Below are positions 44,877 to 54,766 of a DNA stretch of 64,000 nucleotides, in pieces. Source of the stretch: Deltaproteobacteria bacterium (GTDB lineage: Bacteria; Desulfobacterota; Syntrophobacteria; BM002); the NCBI GenBank assembly GCA_037384945.1, contig JARRNM010000016.1, positions 6,913-70,912 on the forward strand, read 5' to 3'. The notes beneath the pieces are model-generated. The model was not told the DNA's origin. It saw only the letters and a list, made by a program, of their open reading frames with translations, and ran no database searches. The first letter of the stretch is position 1, and every line of letters starts with the position of its first letter. The translations under genes and the position numbers were made by a program.

Positions 44877-46463
44877 ATGCGTAAGATCGAGATCTATGAC
44901 ACTACATTGAGAGACGGCACCCAGGCTGAGGATTTTAACCTTTCCCTGGAAGATAAAATTCGCTGTTCCAAGAAGCTCGACGAGTTGGGGATTCACTATA
45001 TTGAAGGTGGATGGCCAGGCTCAAATCCAAAAGATGTTGCCTATTTCAAGGAAATCAAGAACTATGAGCTGAAAATTTCCAAAGTCGCAGCCTTTGGCAG
45101 CACCCATAATCCGCGCTCCTCGGCGGAAAAAGACCGGAACTTGGGCGCTCTCCTAAATGCAAAGACGGAGGTGATTACCATCTTTGGCAAAAGTTGGACC
45201 GTCCATGTGCGGGATGCGCTGAGAACGACTCTGGAGCGTAATGTTGAGATTATTCGCGACTCCCTGGCTTACGTGCGACCGCACATATGGAAGCTCATCT
45301 ATGATGCCGAACACTTTTTTGATGGCTTCAAGGCTGACCCCGAATATGCCCGTGCCACCCTTAAGGCTGCCCTAGAGGGAGGGGCTGAGTGCCTGGTCCT
45401 TTGCGATACCAACGGCGGAACCCTGACCACGGACCTGCAAGAGATCATCAAGCGGGTCAAGAAGGAATTTCCCAAGGCAGACCTCGGCATCCACACTCAT
45501 AACGACTCGGAGTTGGCGGTAGCCAACTCGTTGGCGGCTGTGGCACTGGGCGCAAAGCAAGTGCAAGGTACTATGAATGGAGTGGGGGAGCGCTGTGGCA
45601 ATGCCAATTTGTGCAGTATTATTCCGGCGATCAAGTTGAAATTAAAGCTTGATTGTATCCCAGATAAACAACTCACCCGACTGCGTGAGACTTCTCGGTA
45701 CATCCTTGAGCTAGCTAATATTCGGCCGCCCAGGTACCAGCCTTACGTGGGCAGAAGTGCCTTTGCCCACAAGGGTGGGATACACGTGGCTGCAGTTGAA
45801 CGCAATCCGGAGACCTATGAACACATATACCCTGAATTGGTTGGCAATCGACGGCGCGTTCTGGTGTCAGACCTCTCAGGCCGCAGCACCATAAAGCAAA
45901 AGGCGGAGCAATACGGCATAGAGATATCCAGCAAAGACCCCGTTGCCATGCAGGTCCTGGAGGAGCTCAAAGATCTCGAGCACGAGGGATTTCAATACGA
46001 GGCGGCGGAAGGGTCTTTTGAGCTCTTGTTGAACCGCGCCCTCGGGAGGGTGAAAAGGTACTTTGAACTGGTGGGCTTCAGGGTCATGGTATCCAAGACT
46101 GACGAAACCAAGCCTTCCGAGTCCGAGGCCACTGTAATGGTCAAGGTGGGGGGCAAAGTGGAGCACACAGCCGCCTCGGGCGTTGGACCGGTAAATGCCC
46201 TGGACAACGCCTTACGCAAGGCCTTGGAAAAATTCTATCCAGAGCTCTCGCACATGAGGCTCAATGACTATAAAGTGAGGGTTTTGCCGGGCAAGGAAGG
46301 AACCGCCGCCAAAGTCCGGGTGCTCATCGAGTCCGTGGACAGGGACAGCGTCTGGGGTACGGTGGGAGTCTCGGAAAACATCCTTGAGGCAAGCTGGCTG
46401 GCCCTGGTGGATAGCATCAACTACAAGATGTTCAAGGACGAGCAAGGGAAAGATCAGTGCTAA
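44877..46463 (+). CDS. cimA: (R)-citramalate synthase (IPMS/HMGL family, CimA type)
   Basis: 528 aa. Contains IEIYDTTLRDGTQAEDFNLSLEDK..IEGGWPGSNPKD, the pattern typical of the Geobacter/Methanococcus-type CimA clade, plus a C-terminal LeuA-dimer regulatory domain. Confidence 0.8.
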   Translation: MRKIEIYDTTLRDGTQAEDFNLSLEDKIRCSKKLDELGIHYIEGGWPGSNPKDVAYFKEIKNYELKISKVAAFGSTHNPRSSAEKDRNLGALLNAKTEVITIFGKSWTVHVRDALRTTLERNVEIIRDSLAYVRPHIWKLIYDAEHFFDGFKADPEYARATLKAALEGGAECLVLCDTNGGTLTTDLQEIIKRVKKEFPKADLGIHTHNDSELAVANSLAAVALGAKQVQGTMNGVGERCGNANLCSIIPAIKLKLKLDCIPDKQLTRLRETSRYILELANIRPPRYQPYVGRSAFAHKGGIHVAAVERNPETYEHIYPELVGNRRRVLVSDLSGRSTIKQKAEQYGIEISSKDPVAMQVLEELKDLEHEGFQYEAAEGSFELLLNRALGRVKRYFELVGFRVMVSKTDETKPSESEATVMVKVGGKVEHTAASGVGPVNALDNALRKALEKFYPELSHMRLNDYKVRVLPGKEGTAAKVRVLIESVDRDSVWGTVGVSENILEASWLALVDSINYKMFKDEQGKDQC

Positions 46464-46650
46464 TCCTCCCTTTCTCTTGCACGGGCACCTCGACACGAGC
46501 CGACGATCCTTTTTTTCCACCCGCCTGAGATGTAATATAAAGCCCAGCCATTTCAGATTTTAGGCGGTAAATTTTAGACTCAAGAGCTTGAAACCTGGCT
46601 GCAAGGAATACAGACAGCCTCGGCCTACAATCAGCAATTCGAAGTTTAAG

Positions 46651-47223
46651 ATGAATTATTTTTCTCGATCTCATGCCCTGGTTATTTTGTTGGTGTCATT
46701 CGTCCTGCTGTCTGTCTACGGTTGGAGTTACCACGACCAGTATGACAGCTCCGGAAAATCCTCTCAACTTTCCACTAAATCTGTCTTCGTCCAACTGGTT
46801 GGCATGGTAAAAAGCCCTGGTATATATTCCTTCCCACAAGGGGTTACGGTAGCTCAAGCGGTAGCTCGGGCTGGAGGATCTCTATATCCTCTGGACGGAC
46901 CAACCTGGGCTAACGTTCAGACAGAAAGCGGCAGAAGAATTCAAATTATAGCTGAAGCAAGTGGCGCTACAAGTTTCAAACTGGGATGGATGGCGGTGCC
47001 CACCCGTTTGGCTTTGGGAGTGCCACTGGATATAAACCAGGTCTCAGTAGCTGAGTTGAGCCAAGTGCCTGGCATCAATTACAAGTTGGCAAAGGAGGTC
47101 GTGGCTTTGAGGGGCCTGAGGGGAACATTCTCCAAGTTGGAGAATCTTTGTGAAGTTAAAGGGATAGGGCCGGCCACGGTGACCCGGTTGCGTGCGTATA
47201 TCAAAGTGGGCAAAGAAGATTAG
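46651..47223 (+). CDS. comEA: ComEA-family DNA-binding protein (SLBB plus helix-hairpin-helix)
   Basis: An N-terminal TM and C-terminal tandem HhH (INQVSVAELSQVPGINYKLAKEVV.. and VKGIGPATVTRL). I chose the ATG at 46651. Confidence 0.8.
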   Translation: MNYFSRSHALVILLVSFVLLSVYGWSYHDQYDSSGKSSQLSTKSVFVQLVGMVKSPGIYSFPQGVTVAQAVARAGGSLYPLDGPTWANVQTESGRRIQIIAEASGATSFKLGWMAVPTRLALGVPLDINQVSVAELSQVPGINYKLAKEVVALRGLRGTFSKLENLCEVKGIGPATVTRLRAYIKVGKED

Positions 47224-47250
47224 ACTATTATAGGACCGCCTCTCGTTCTC

Positions 47251-47410
47251 GGCATAGGGCATGGAGCATAGGGCAAAAATTTCGAAATTCGAAATTATCC
47301 TATGTGTCATCTGTCATCCATCCTTTGTCGTCTGTCCTCTAATCCCCGTCTCTTGCCACTGTGCCTAGCGCTCAGTTCCTAGTGCCATGGCCCAACGGCT
47401 GCCAGCTGAA
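47251..47410. repeat. About 23 heptamers in one phase ending at the stop codon of the convergent kinase gene
   Basis: GGCATAG GGCATGG AGCATAG GGCAAAA ATTTCGA AATTCGA AATTATC CTATGTG TCATCTG TCATCCA TCCTTTG TCGTCTG TCCTCTA ... GCCTAGC GCTCAGT TCCTAGT GCCATGG CCCAACG GCTGCCA GCTGAAT. Confidence 0.88.
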
Positions 47411-48514
47411 TTAGAGTCGCCTCACCCTAATCGGTCTCCGCTTATCCCGCGGTATCTCTAAAATGACCGTAGTTCCCTTTCCAACTTCGCTCTCAATCTG
47501 AATGCTTCCGCCGTGATCGTTAATGATTCTCTGACTTATGGTGAGGCCGAGCCCCACGTGCTCGTTTTTTGTGGTGAAAAGAGGGTCAAAAACGAGGGGT
47601 TGATTCTCTGGTTTTATCCCGCAGCCGTCGTCACTTACGCTAAACTGAATGCGGTCATCCTTAGCGTCCACAATAAAATTGATGACCACGGTTGGATCTC
47701 CTGATTCCAAGGAATTGGTGAAAATGTTGGCCAGACATTGGGAGAGAATATTCACATCCATAAAGGCACGGAACGAAGAGAGTTCTTCACTGGGAGGAGC
47801 ATGCCACTCGGAGGCTGCCGCCATTAGAGTTTGGGGAACCATAGTCATAGATAGCTTCAAGAGGTTGTCAAAATTGTCTTCTGCCATGGTGGGAAGGGGC
47901 AAGGTGGTGAAACTGGCCAGATTTTTGAGCAGGTTGTCCAACCTGCTGGCTTCTTGATAAATGATTTCCTTGTAGAGCTGCCTGTCTTTTTCGTCCAATC
48001 CCTTTTTGAGCAAGCGGCCGGCAAATCCACCAATTGCCGCGATCGGGTTACGGATGTGATGAGCCATCTGATCCACCACTTTTGCCATGGACCGCACCCG
48101 CTCTGTTTCAATGGACTCACGCTGAAGGGTTTTTAGGGTTCCGATATCCTGAATGGTTAAGACAATAACGTCCTTGTCACTGCTGCGGTAAAGGAGGGTG
48201 GTGAGATAGGCGAAGAACTTTCGGCCTTTGCTATCCCGGAGAAGAGCCTCTCCCTCAAAGTTTCCCGTGTCCGAGGTGAGTTTTATTATGTTGGGCAGGA
48301 AAATATCGTAGTCATCTTCCAAAAACAAGGAAGAGATCCCACGGTCCTTCCACCCGCCCGGCGCGAATCCGAATAACTGCTCGGCAAAAGTGTTGACGAA
48401 CAACATCTGTCCTGAAGACTCAAAAAGGACTAGGCCGTGAGGCATTGACTGGAGAATTGCTTCAAGCAGGTCCTGGTGGAGATGCCTGGAATTGGTCATG
48501 GTTAGTTTCCGCAA
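47411..48514 (-). CDS. PAS-domain sensor histidine kinase
   Basis: 367 aa. An N-terminal PAS domain, the HisKA H-box (MAHHIRNPIAAIGGF) and HATPase_c (DDGCGI..GLGLTISQRII..GG). Confidence 0.88.
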   Translation of the reverse strand: MRKLTMTNSRHLHQDLLEAILQSMPHGLVLFESSGQMLFVNTFAEQLFGFAPGGWKDRGISSLFLEDDYDIFLPNIIKLTSDTGNFEGEALLRDSKGRKFFAYLTTLLYRSSDKDVIVLTIQDIGTLKTLQRESIETERVRSMAKVVDQMAHHIRNPIAAIGGFAGRLLKKGLDEKDRQLYKEIIYQEASRLDNLLKNLASFTTLPLPTMAEDNFDNLLKLSMTMVPQTLMAAASEWHAPPSEELSSFRAFMDVNILSQCLANIFTNSLESGDPTVVINFIVDAKDDRIQFSVSDDGCGIKPENQPLVFDPLFTTKNEHVGLGLTISQRIINDHGGSIQIESEVGKGTTVILEIPRDKRRPIRVRRL

Positions 48515-48669
48515 GGGATCATAGGCTCAAGAAGGACAATACAAGCCGATTCTAGAACGGAAAAAACTTTGAGTCAACGGGCTAGCCCCAGTTATTCAAC
48601 ATATGGGTCAGTTCTCAGATCCTGAATTCTCTATTCTCATGAATCCTGGAAATCACCGATCAATGCAAA

Positions 48670-49662
48670 TCAGCCACCTATGGCAACCATTGGTCGGCTA
48701 TGGCATTTACGGAAAAAATCAGGCTGAAGACCATGTTTTTCGGGCTTGTTGACAACAGAATCTCTGAGAATTTGCGCCAGCTCAGTATCTGTCGCTCCTT
48801 GGCGAAGGGGTGATTTAATGTCCACTTCATGGTCGGAAAAAAGACAATTACGCAATTTGCCGTCGGCGGTGAGGCGTATTCGATTACAAGAAAGACAGAA
48901 GTGGTTACTGATTGGACTTATGATACCGATCACGCCTGCCGCGTCAGGCCAGCGGAAATGACGAGCAGGACCGTTGGTGTGGCGGGAAGTCACCTGTTCC
49001 AGTGAGCCCACCTTGCGCAATTTTGCCAGGATCTCATCGGCGCTGAAATAATGCTGGAGGGTCCATTGGCTGTCGTTGTTGAAGCCCATGAACTCTATAA
49101 AGCGAATGTGATAAGGGCGATCAAGGCTCAACTTCGCGAGAGCCAGAACCTCGTCATCATTGATTCCCCGCATTACCACAACGTTGATTTTTACTGGACT
49201 GAACCCAAACCGCTCGGCAGCCTGAATGGAGCGCCAGACCCTATCGAACTCATCACGGCGGGTGATGCGGAGAAATTTCTCTCGCTGGAGAGTGTCCAGA
49301 CTAACATTCACCCGGCGGATACCGGCAGCGTAAAGGTCCTGGCCGAGTTCTTCCAGTAATACTCCGTTGGTGGTGAGGCTCAGACTCTGAAGACCGGAGA
49401 TTGAGGTCAAACGGCGACAAAAATCGACAACTCCCTTACGGACGAGCGGTTCTCCCCCGGTAAGGCGAACCTTGTTTATCCCCATGCTAATCGCTATCTG
49501 AACGAGGTGGAGGAACTCCTCGTATGAGAGGATTTCATCGTGGTCCAGCTTGAATGTCCCCTCTATGGGCATGCAGTAAAGACAGCGCAAGTTGCAACGG
49601 TCGGTAATGGAAACCCTGAGGTAGTCGATAGATCGTTGGTGACGGTCAGTGAGCAGAGCCAT
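48670..49662 (-). CDS. moaA: GTP 3',8-cyclase MoaA (radical SAM)
   Basis: 330 aa. The radical-SAM motif is CNLRCLYCMP and the C-terminal cluster is CLSCNRIRLTADGKLRNCLF. Confidence 0.93.
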   Translation of the reverse strand: MALLTDRHQRSIDYLRVSITDRCNLRCLYCMPIEGTFKLDHDEILSYEEFLHLVQIAISMGINKVRLTGGEPLVRKGVVDFCRRLTSISGLQSLSLTTNGVLLEELGQDLYAAGIRRVNVSLDTLQREKFLRITRRDEFDRVWRSIQAAERFGFSPVKINVVVMRGINDDEVLALAKLSLDRPYHIRFIEFMGFNNDSQWTLQHYFSADEILAKLRKVGSLEQVTSRHTNGPARHFRWPDAAGVIGIISPISNHFCLSCNRIRLTADGKLRNCLFSDHEVDIKSPLRQGATDTELAQILRDSVVNKPEKHGLQPDFFRKCHSRPMVAIGG

Positions 49663-49736
49663 TAAATTCTTCCAGGGGGTGGTCGAGGATAACCGACCCG
49701 AAGTCGAAAAAAAGGTTTCTTGATGTCATTCTTGAC

Positions 49737-49765
49737 ATAATAAAAGAGCAAGTTGACGAAGTCAA
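49737..49765 (-). promoter_or_regulatory. Candidate sigma-70 promoter for moaA
   Basis: On the minus strand: TTGACT (49765..49760), a 17-nt spacer, then TATTAT (49742..49737). It lies about 75 nt upstream of the moaA ATG. Confidence 0.5.
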
Positions 49766-49895
49766 TAGATTTAGCGCATGCGCAGCGGGCAGCAGGCAGC
49801 AGAAAAGTTTGCTAACAGACAACCATTTGAGATCAAGGTGGGAAAATTCGTTAATCATCGCTGGTTAGCGTTCATCCAAAAACTTGTTTTTCAGC

Positions 49896-49948
49896 TGTCA
49901 TTCTGAGGAGTCCTTCGGCAGGCTCAGAATGACATTATGGAGTTTCCG
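49896..49948. repeat. Second copy of the TGTCATTCTGAG palindromic element (simple form)
   Basis: TGTCATTCTGAG gagtccttcggcagg CTCAGAATGACA TTATGGAGTTTCCG. The flank is the reverse complement of CGGAAACTCCTTAA at 43047, so this copy is inverted relative to that one. Confidence 0.85.
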
Positions 49949-50069
49949 AATAGACACTAGTTAATTCCTCACAAACAGAGTAAGATTAATTTCCCTCGGT
50001 CAGCTGCCAGCTCTTTAGAGGTTGATTGGTAGGGGTGGGGCACCATGAGAAACCAGGGAGGTAAGATTT

Positions 50070-51140
50070 TTGAAAGTACTGGGAATAGAGAGTTCTTGCG
50101 ATGAAACCGCTGCAGCTGTGGTGGAAGATGGGCGGCGCATTCTCTCCAGTGTAGTTTCTTCGCAAGTCACAATTCATCGCCCCTATGGTGGTGTGGTTCC
50201 AGAACTGGCCTCCCGGCAGCATGTCAAGGCAATCATCCCGGTGATTTCACAAGCCCTGCAACGAGCAGATCTGGAGATGTCCTCGGTAGATGGTATCGCC
50301 GTTACCCAGGGGCCGGGATTGGTAGGATCACTCCTGGTAGGCATTGGGGTGGCCAAGGGGTTGGCCTATGCCACCGGTAAACCCCTGGTTGCCGTGAACC
50401 ACCTTGAAGGTCACATTCAGGCCGCCTTTATGAATGAGTCGCAGCCTTCCTTTCCTGTTGTTGCCCTGGTAGTTTCCGGGGGACACACCAACCTTTATCT
50501 CGTTGAGGATTATGGCAGAATTAATTTGCTGGGGCGGACCAGGGATGATGCTGCGGGGGAGGCCTTTGACAAAGTGGCAAAATTTCTGGACCTTGGCTAT
50601 CCTGGTGGGGTGATCATTGATGGTCTGGCACGAAAGGGGAATCCGCAAGCAATTTCCTTTCCGCGAGCCTATTTGGAGAAAGACTCCCTGGATTTCAGTT
50701 TTAGCGGGATCAAAACAGCAGTGGTCAATTTTGTCCGCAAATATGTGGGTACCAGCCCGACAGGTGCAGCTGTTAAACCTGGAGTCAGTGGGATCTCGGC
50801 AAAGGAGCTCCCCCTGCCGATTGCCGATCTGGTGGCCAGTTTTCAAGAGGCGGTGGTCGAGGTTTTGGTGGAAAAGACTTGCACTGCAGCGAAAAAATTC
50901 AAGGTACGCCAGGTGGTGGTAGCCGGCGGAGTGGCAGCCAACAGCCGTCTTCGCCGGCGATTACTGGAAGAGGCGGCTAGGTTTGGCATTGCCTTGAATT
51001 TACCCGAGCCGGAGCTTTGCACTGACAACGCCGCCATGATAGCTGCTGCCGGCTTCTATAAACTCAAGGAGAGGACTGCCCTCTGGGACCTCAATTTCGA
51101 CGCAATTTCTCGCTGGCCGGATAAACCAGCAGGCAGCTAG
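50070..51140 (+). CDS. tsaD: tRNA N6-adenosine threonylcarbamoyltransferase TsaD
   Basis: 356 aa with a TTG start. Contains VLGIESSCDETAAAVV, HLEGHI and VVSGGHT. Confidence 0.93.
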   Translation: MKVLGIESSCDETAAAVVEDGRRILSSVVSSQVTIHRPYGGVVPELASRQHVKAIIPVISQALQRADLEMSSVDGIAVTQGPGLVGSLLVGIGVAKGLAYATGKPLVAVNHLEGHIQAAFMNESQPSFPVVALVVSGGHTNLYLVEDYGRINLLGRTRDDAAGEAFDKVAKFLDLGYPGGVIIDGLARKGNPQAISFPRAYLEKDSLDFSFSGIKTAVVNFVRKYVGTSPTGAAVKPGVSGISAKELPLPIADLVASFQEAVVEVLVEKTCTAAKKFKVRQVVVAGGVAANSRLRRRLLEEAARFGIALNLPEPELCTDNAAMIAAAGFYKLKERTALWDLNFDAISRWPDKPAGS

Positions 51141-51259
51141 CAGCCGGCAGCCGGCAGGTTCATTCCTTTCTAATTGTGCATTTGTCATTATACATTATCT
51201 CGACTTCGTCTCGTCCGGTATGACGTTTCGGATGGAAAGAAATAAGGAGCGCGGTAGCC

Positions 51260-52234
51260 ATGGCTGAGAATTTCAGCAAGATACTTTTAACCGGAGCCAC
51301 GGGTTTTGTGGGGGGTCGTTTGCTCCATGGGCTCACTGGACATGGGATGAATGTGCGCTGCCTCGTGCGCTCCCCTGAAAAACTCAGGGGCAATCTCTTC
51401 GCAGAGGAAGAGATAGAAATAGCCAGGGGCGATCTGCTTGAAGAGGACACAGTGGATTCGGCCCTCGAGGGGATCGAGGTGGCCTATTATCTGGTTCACT
51501 CAATGGGTGGTCGCACCATTGGTGAGAACAAAGTCTTTGCAGAGCGAGACCGGGTGGCGGCGGAAAATTTCGTTCGTGCCGCGGACAAGGCCGGAGTGCG
51601 ACGTGTAATTTACCTGGGAGGTCTGGGTGAGACCGGCGCTCAGCTTTCCAAACATCTGGCCAGCCGTCAAGAAGTGGGCCAGATCCTGTCCTCGGGCCGA
51701 GCGCAAGCCACTGAGCTCCGGGCACCCAACATTATGGGGGCAGGCGGAGCGCCCTTTGAAATGCTGCGTTATTTGGTGGAACGGCTGCCAGTAATGGTTT
51801 GTCCCAGATGGATCGAAACACGCTGTCAACCCATCGACATTCGGGACATGGTAAACTATCTTCTCGGATGTCTTCGGGAACCTGCCACTGCCGGCCTCTC
51901 CCTGGATGTGGGGGGTCCCGATATTGTCACCTATCGGAAGATGATGGAAATATACGCCCAGGTTCGGGGTCTCAAACGGCTGATCATCACCGTACCGGTG
52001 TTGACACCTAAACTTTCCACCTACTGGGTTAACTTGGTGACGCCCGTTCCTTCAGGTGTTGTCAATCCTCTGGTGGAAGGGTTGAAAAACGAGGTCATAT
52101 GCAGGGAGAATAGAATCCGTGAACTCATACCCATGAAACTCACGACTCTCGAGCAGTCAATCTGTATTGCCTTGCAAGAGGTGGAAAAAGGTCCGGGGAA
52201 ACTAATTTCCCAACAGACTTGTTTGCTAAAATAA
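51260..52234 (+). CDS. NAD(P)-binding Rossmann protein (atypical SDR / NmrA-like)
   Basis: 324 aa with an N-terminal ILLTGATGFVGGRL dinucleotide-binding motif. Confidence 0.65.
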   Translation: MAENFSKILLTGATGFVGGRLLHGLTGHGMNVRCLVRSPEKLRGNLFAEEEIEIARGDLLEEDTVDSALEGIEVAYYLVHSMGGRTIGENKVFAERDRVAAENFVRAADKAGVRRVIYLGGLGETGAQLSKHLASRQEVGQILSSGRAQATELRAPNIMGAGGAPFEMLRYLVERLPVMVCPRWIETRCQPIDIRDMVNYLLGCLREPATAGLSLDVGGPDIVTYRKMMEIYAQVRGLKRLIITVPVLTPKLSTYWVNLVTPVPSGVVNPLVEGLKNEVICRENRIRELIPMKLTTLEQSICIALQEVEKGPGKLISQQTCLLK

Positions 52235-52353
52235 ACAAATCGGGTCGCAAGGACTTAATAATCCCCGGAGTTATGGTTGAGGGAGCAGGTATCAGGTTCC
52301 CCCGCTGCCGCTTCGCTGCAGGCGGGATCTTCGACAGGTGTCAGGAACAAGCT

Positions 52354-52470
52354 TGCAGCTGACAGCGGGCAGCAGTCAGCTCAGGTGATGCAGGGTGGAT
52401 TCTGTATTGGGCATATCTTTTCCCTGCCAGTTGCCCGCTGCTAGCTGCCATTTTCTCTATGCCCCATGCC
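52354..52470. repeat. CTGCCAG/GCAGCTG-family inverted arrays plus CTATGCC words
   Basis: GCAGCTGACAGCGGGCAGCAGTCAGCTC (52354-52382) ... CCTGCCAGTTGCCCGCTGCTAGCTGCC (52423-52449), then CTCTATGCCCCATGCC up to the stop of the 62-aa ORF. Confidence 0.75.
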
Positions 52471-52659
52471 TCAGCCATTGTGGCAGCCTTTACCGCAAAA
52501 CGGACTGGCTGCAAGAGCTGGAATACTGCATTCCAGATGCTTCCTGGCGTTCCGGCGCATGTGACGCCACATTGTGTAATCATCCTCTTCCGGCCAGATC
52601 TCCATGGCAGGACCAGCCCAACCAGACTCTATAGTTTCGTTTTCTTTGTAATCTTTCAT
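52471..52659 (-). CDS. Hypothetical small protein (62 aa)
   Basis: AGGAGG lies 8 nt upstream of the ATG. The sequence is MKDYKENETIESGWAGPAMEIWPEEDDYTMWRHMRRNARKHLE..CGKGC. No family recognised. Confidence 0.5.
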   Translation of the reverse strand: MKDYKENETIESGWAGPAMEIWPEEDDYTMWRHMRRNARKHLECSIPALAASPFCGKGCHNG

Positions 52660-52709
52660 GTTACATTCCTCCTGAGAATTGTTATTTCTCGGTAGATGCC
52701 GATACGCAC

Positions 52710-53537
52710 TTACCCTTTGGGTAAATCGTTTGTGCTTATATGGTCGTCTTCAACACGAAGATTTTCTTTGGGGTTACCGAGTTCATCCATAATTAACTGC
52801 TCTACAATGGCCCAGACCTCCGGGTCGGCGTCCATCATGCTGTGAGGCGTTGAAAAAAGTCTTCGTTGCCAGGGCTGAGCCGTCATATCAACTTTCTTGT
52901 TGGAATAATCAAATTTAATATTTGCCAGTATCTCAGTTGCCTCGGGATCAAGTGCCGAGATTTTTTCCTCTCCTCTGAAAATCCAATCATCGCTCTGAAA
53001 AAGATTGGCTGCTTTGAGAACATTCGGGGGTATTAGATGATCGCTGAAGCCCACACTATCCACCTGTACAGTCAAGAGGACAGGAATATCTACTTTCTCC
53101 AAATCTCTGGCAAGTTTTACGACTGCTGAACCACCCAGACTCTGTCCATACAGAATGAGACGAGCAGAAGCCCGCTCCTGTGAGTCAAGATGGTAGTCCT
53201 CGTTTCCATCGAGAGCCCTCTGGATAAATGCAAAAGCCAGATCGTACCTTCTGTTCTGAAAAGTCTCGACTTCTAGATGTGGCATCCTCATCTTCTCAAG
53301 CTTGACAGCCAATTGTCTCACCCCGCGAGTATGGTCATCCCATAGCTGCCTTCCCCCGAGAAAGCCAATGACTAAAATCTGATCATCTCTCAATGGTGTT
53401 GGCGTGGACAAATGGAAATGCTGCTGTTCGGTTAGGTAAGCACATCCAGTCTGCAAAGAGAGGAGTACCATAACAACGAGGATCGATAAAAGATTACCTT
53501 TCAGATTGAATTCACCATGTGGTATCCAGCTTTTCAT
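52710..53537 (-). CDS. Exported hypothetical protein with an alpha/beta-hydrolase-like GxSxG motif
   Basis: A hydrophobic N-terminus ending ..LSLQTGC (possible lipobox) and LILYGQSLGGSAVV (nucleophile-elbow-like). I chose the start at 53537. Confidence 0.5.
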   Translation of the reverse strand: MKSWIPHGEFNLKGNLLSILVVMVLLSLQTGCAYLTEQQHFHLSTPTPLRDDQILVIGFLGGRQLWDDHTRGVRQLAVKLEKMRMPHLEVETFQNRRYDLAFAFIQRALDGNEDYHLDSQERASARLILYGQSLGGSAVVKLARDLEKVDIPVLLTVQVDSVGFSDHLIPPNVLKAANLFQSDDWIFRGEEKISALDPEATEILANIKFDYSNKKVDMTAQPWQRRLFSTPHSMMDADPEVWAIVEQLIMDELGNPKENLRVEDDHISTNDLPKG

Positions 53538-53667
53538 AACTCTTCCACCATTAAGAAGTTTCAACGATAAAATGTTGATTCACATTGACTTGGTGAAAAA
53601 GTTAACCCCTCTCCGCGAAACTTCAACGGTTAAGAAAAGAGAGTATAATAGTAGTATAGAACTACTA

Positions 53668-54624
53668 CTATGAAAGGGATAATAGGTGGGTTCTGAGGTT
53701 GGCTTTTTTGTTTTTCAACCCGAGCTTTTCCCGAATGTTTTTTCGGTGGAAGTCCACCGCATTCATGGATAGATTCAACATTTCGCCTATTTCTTTTGTT
53801 GACTTGCCTTCTTTAACCAGAGTGGCTACTTCGATTTCTCTCGGGGTAAGCTTCAAATACTTGGACGACAGCTGGCGCAAGAAAGGAGAGACGATATCAT
53901 TGAGGTTGGACTCAATAATTTCCAGATGTGCCCTTTGCTGACGATCCAGTGAAGTATTTTTCAGTCTATTTAGATAGGGATTTACCAGTTCTTTAACGTT
54001 TGAGAGCACTTTTTCTTCCAGCTCTCCTTTATCTTCTTCCCGTTTTTTTAATAAAACTCTTAGGGCCGTATTGGCTTCCTCTAAATTTTGTTTTTGCAGT
54101 TCCAGTTCATGCTCCCTCTCTCTCAGAGTCTCCTCAACCAGCTTGATAGGCGTTACATCTTCGTGGCTAACTACCACCCTCAGGGGACCGGGACCTTCCA
54201 GCCGGGTGGCCCTGACGTAGCACCACCGCCTTTCATCAGGTGAATGGCAGGGATAATCGGTGCCGAACTCATCTAACTCACCTGCAATGACCATTCTAAT
54301 TCCATGGGCAACCTCACGTGCTTTTTCAACTTCATCCGCATCTCCCACTGTGGAGTCGCATATCATTAGATAATTAAGGCCTACCGTGTCAGCTGAATTT
54401 TCAATCTCGTTTTCTTGGCCGAATTGTTGCCATGAGCGATTGCTTTCCAGAATTACACCATTTCCATCCAGTATCGCTATGTGAGCCGAGAGAGAGTCAA
54501 TTGCTACAGTGACGTACTGGCCAGTGAGCCTGAAGGATTCGGCGGCTTCCCTGCACTTTACAGTTTCTTCTTCCAGCTCCTTGATCCGATTAAGAAGCTC
54601 CTCATAAGATGGGCTCAAATTCAT
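53668..54624 (-). CDS. PAS-domain LuxR-family transcriptional regulator
   Basis: An N-terminal coiled coil and PAS domain, with a C-terminal LuxR HTH (LTPREIEVATLVKEGKSTKEIGEMLNLSMNAVDFHRKNIREKLG). Confidence 0.85.
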   Translation of the reverse strand: MNLSPSYEELLNRIKELEEETVKCREAAESFRLTGQYVTVAIDSLSAHIAILDGNGVILESNRSWQQFGQENEIENSADTVGLNYLMICDSTVGDADEVEKAREVAHGIRMVIAGELDEFGTDYPCHSPDERRWCYVRATRLEGPGPLRVVVSHEDVTPIKLVEETLREREHELELQKQNLEEANTALRVLLKKREEDKGELEEKVLSNVKELVNPYLNRLKNTSLDRQQRAHLEIIESNLNDIVSPFLRQLSSKYLKLTPREIEVATLVKEGKSTKEIGEMLNLSMNAVDFHRKNIREKLGLKNKKANLRTHLLSLS

Positions 54625-54697
54625 GGGTACCAACCTTTCATACCGAAAAATTCCTCTGGTTCGAAGATTGGGAGAAAACAGTCTTAAGAAGGAATAG

Positions 54698-54766
54698 AGG
54701 TTTCAGTGTTCAGGTTTCAGCTCCCATTCTCTTTTTGCTGAAACCTGACACCTGACACCTGACACC
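54698..54766. repeat. CTGACAC heptamer array paired with its complement (hairpin directly after a stop codon)
   Basis: AGGTTTCAGTGTTCAGGTTTCAGC (54698-54721), a loop, then GCTGAAACCTGACACCTGACACCTGACACC (54737-54766). Confidence 0.85.

Noticed and set aside
49663-49760. Moco riboswitch upstream of moaA
   Set aside because: The leader from the candidate promoter is only about 75 nt, with a single small hairpin. That is too short, and it lacks the conserved Moco-motif helices.
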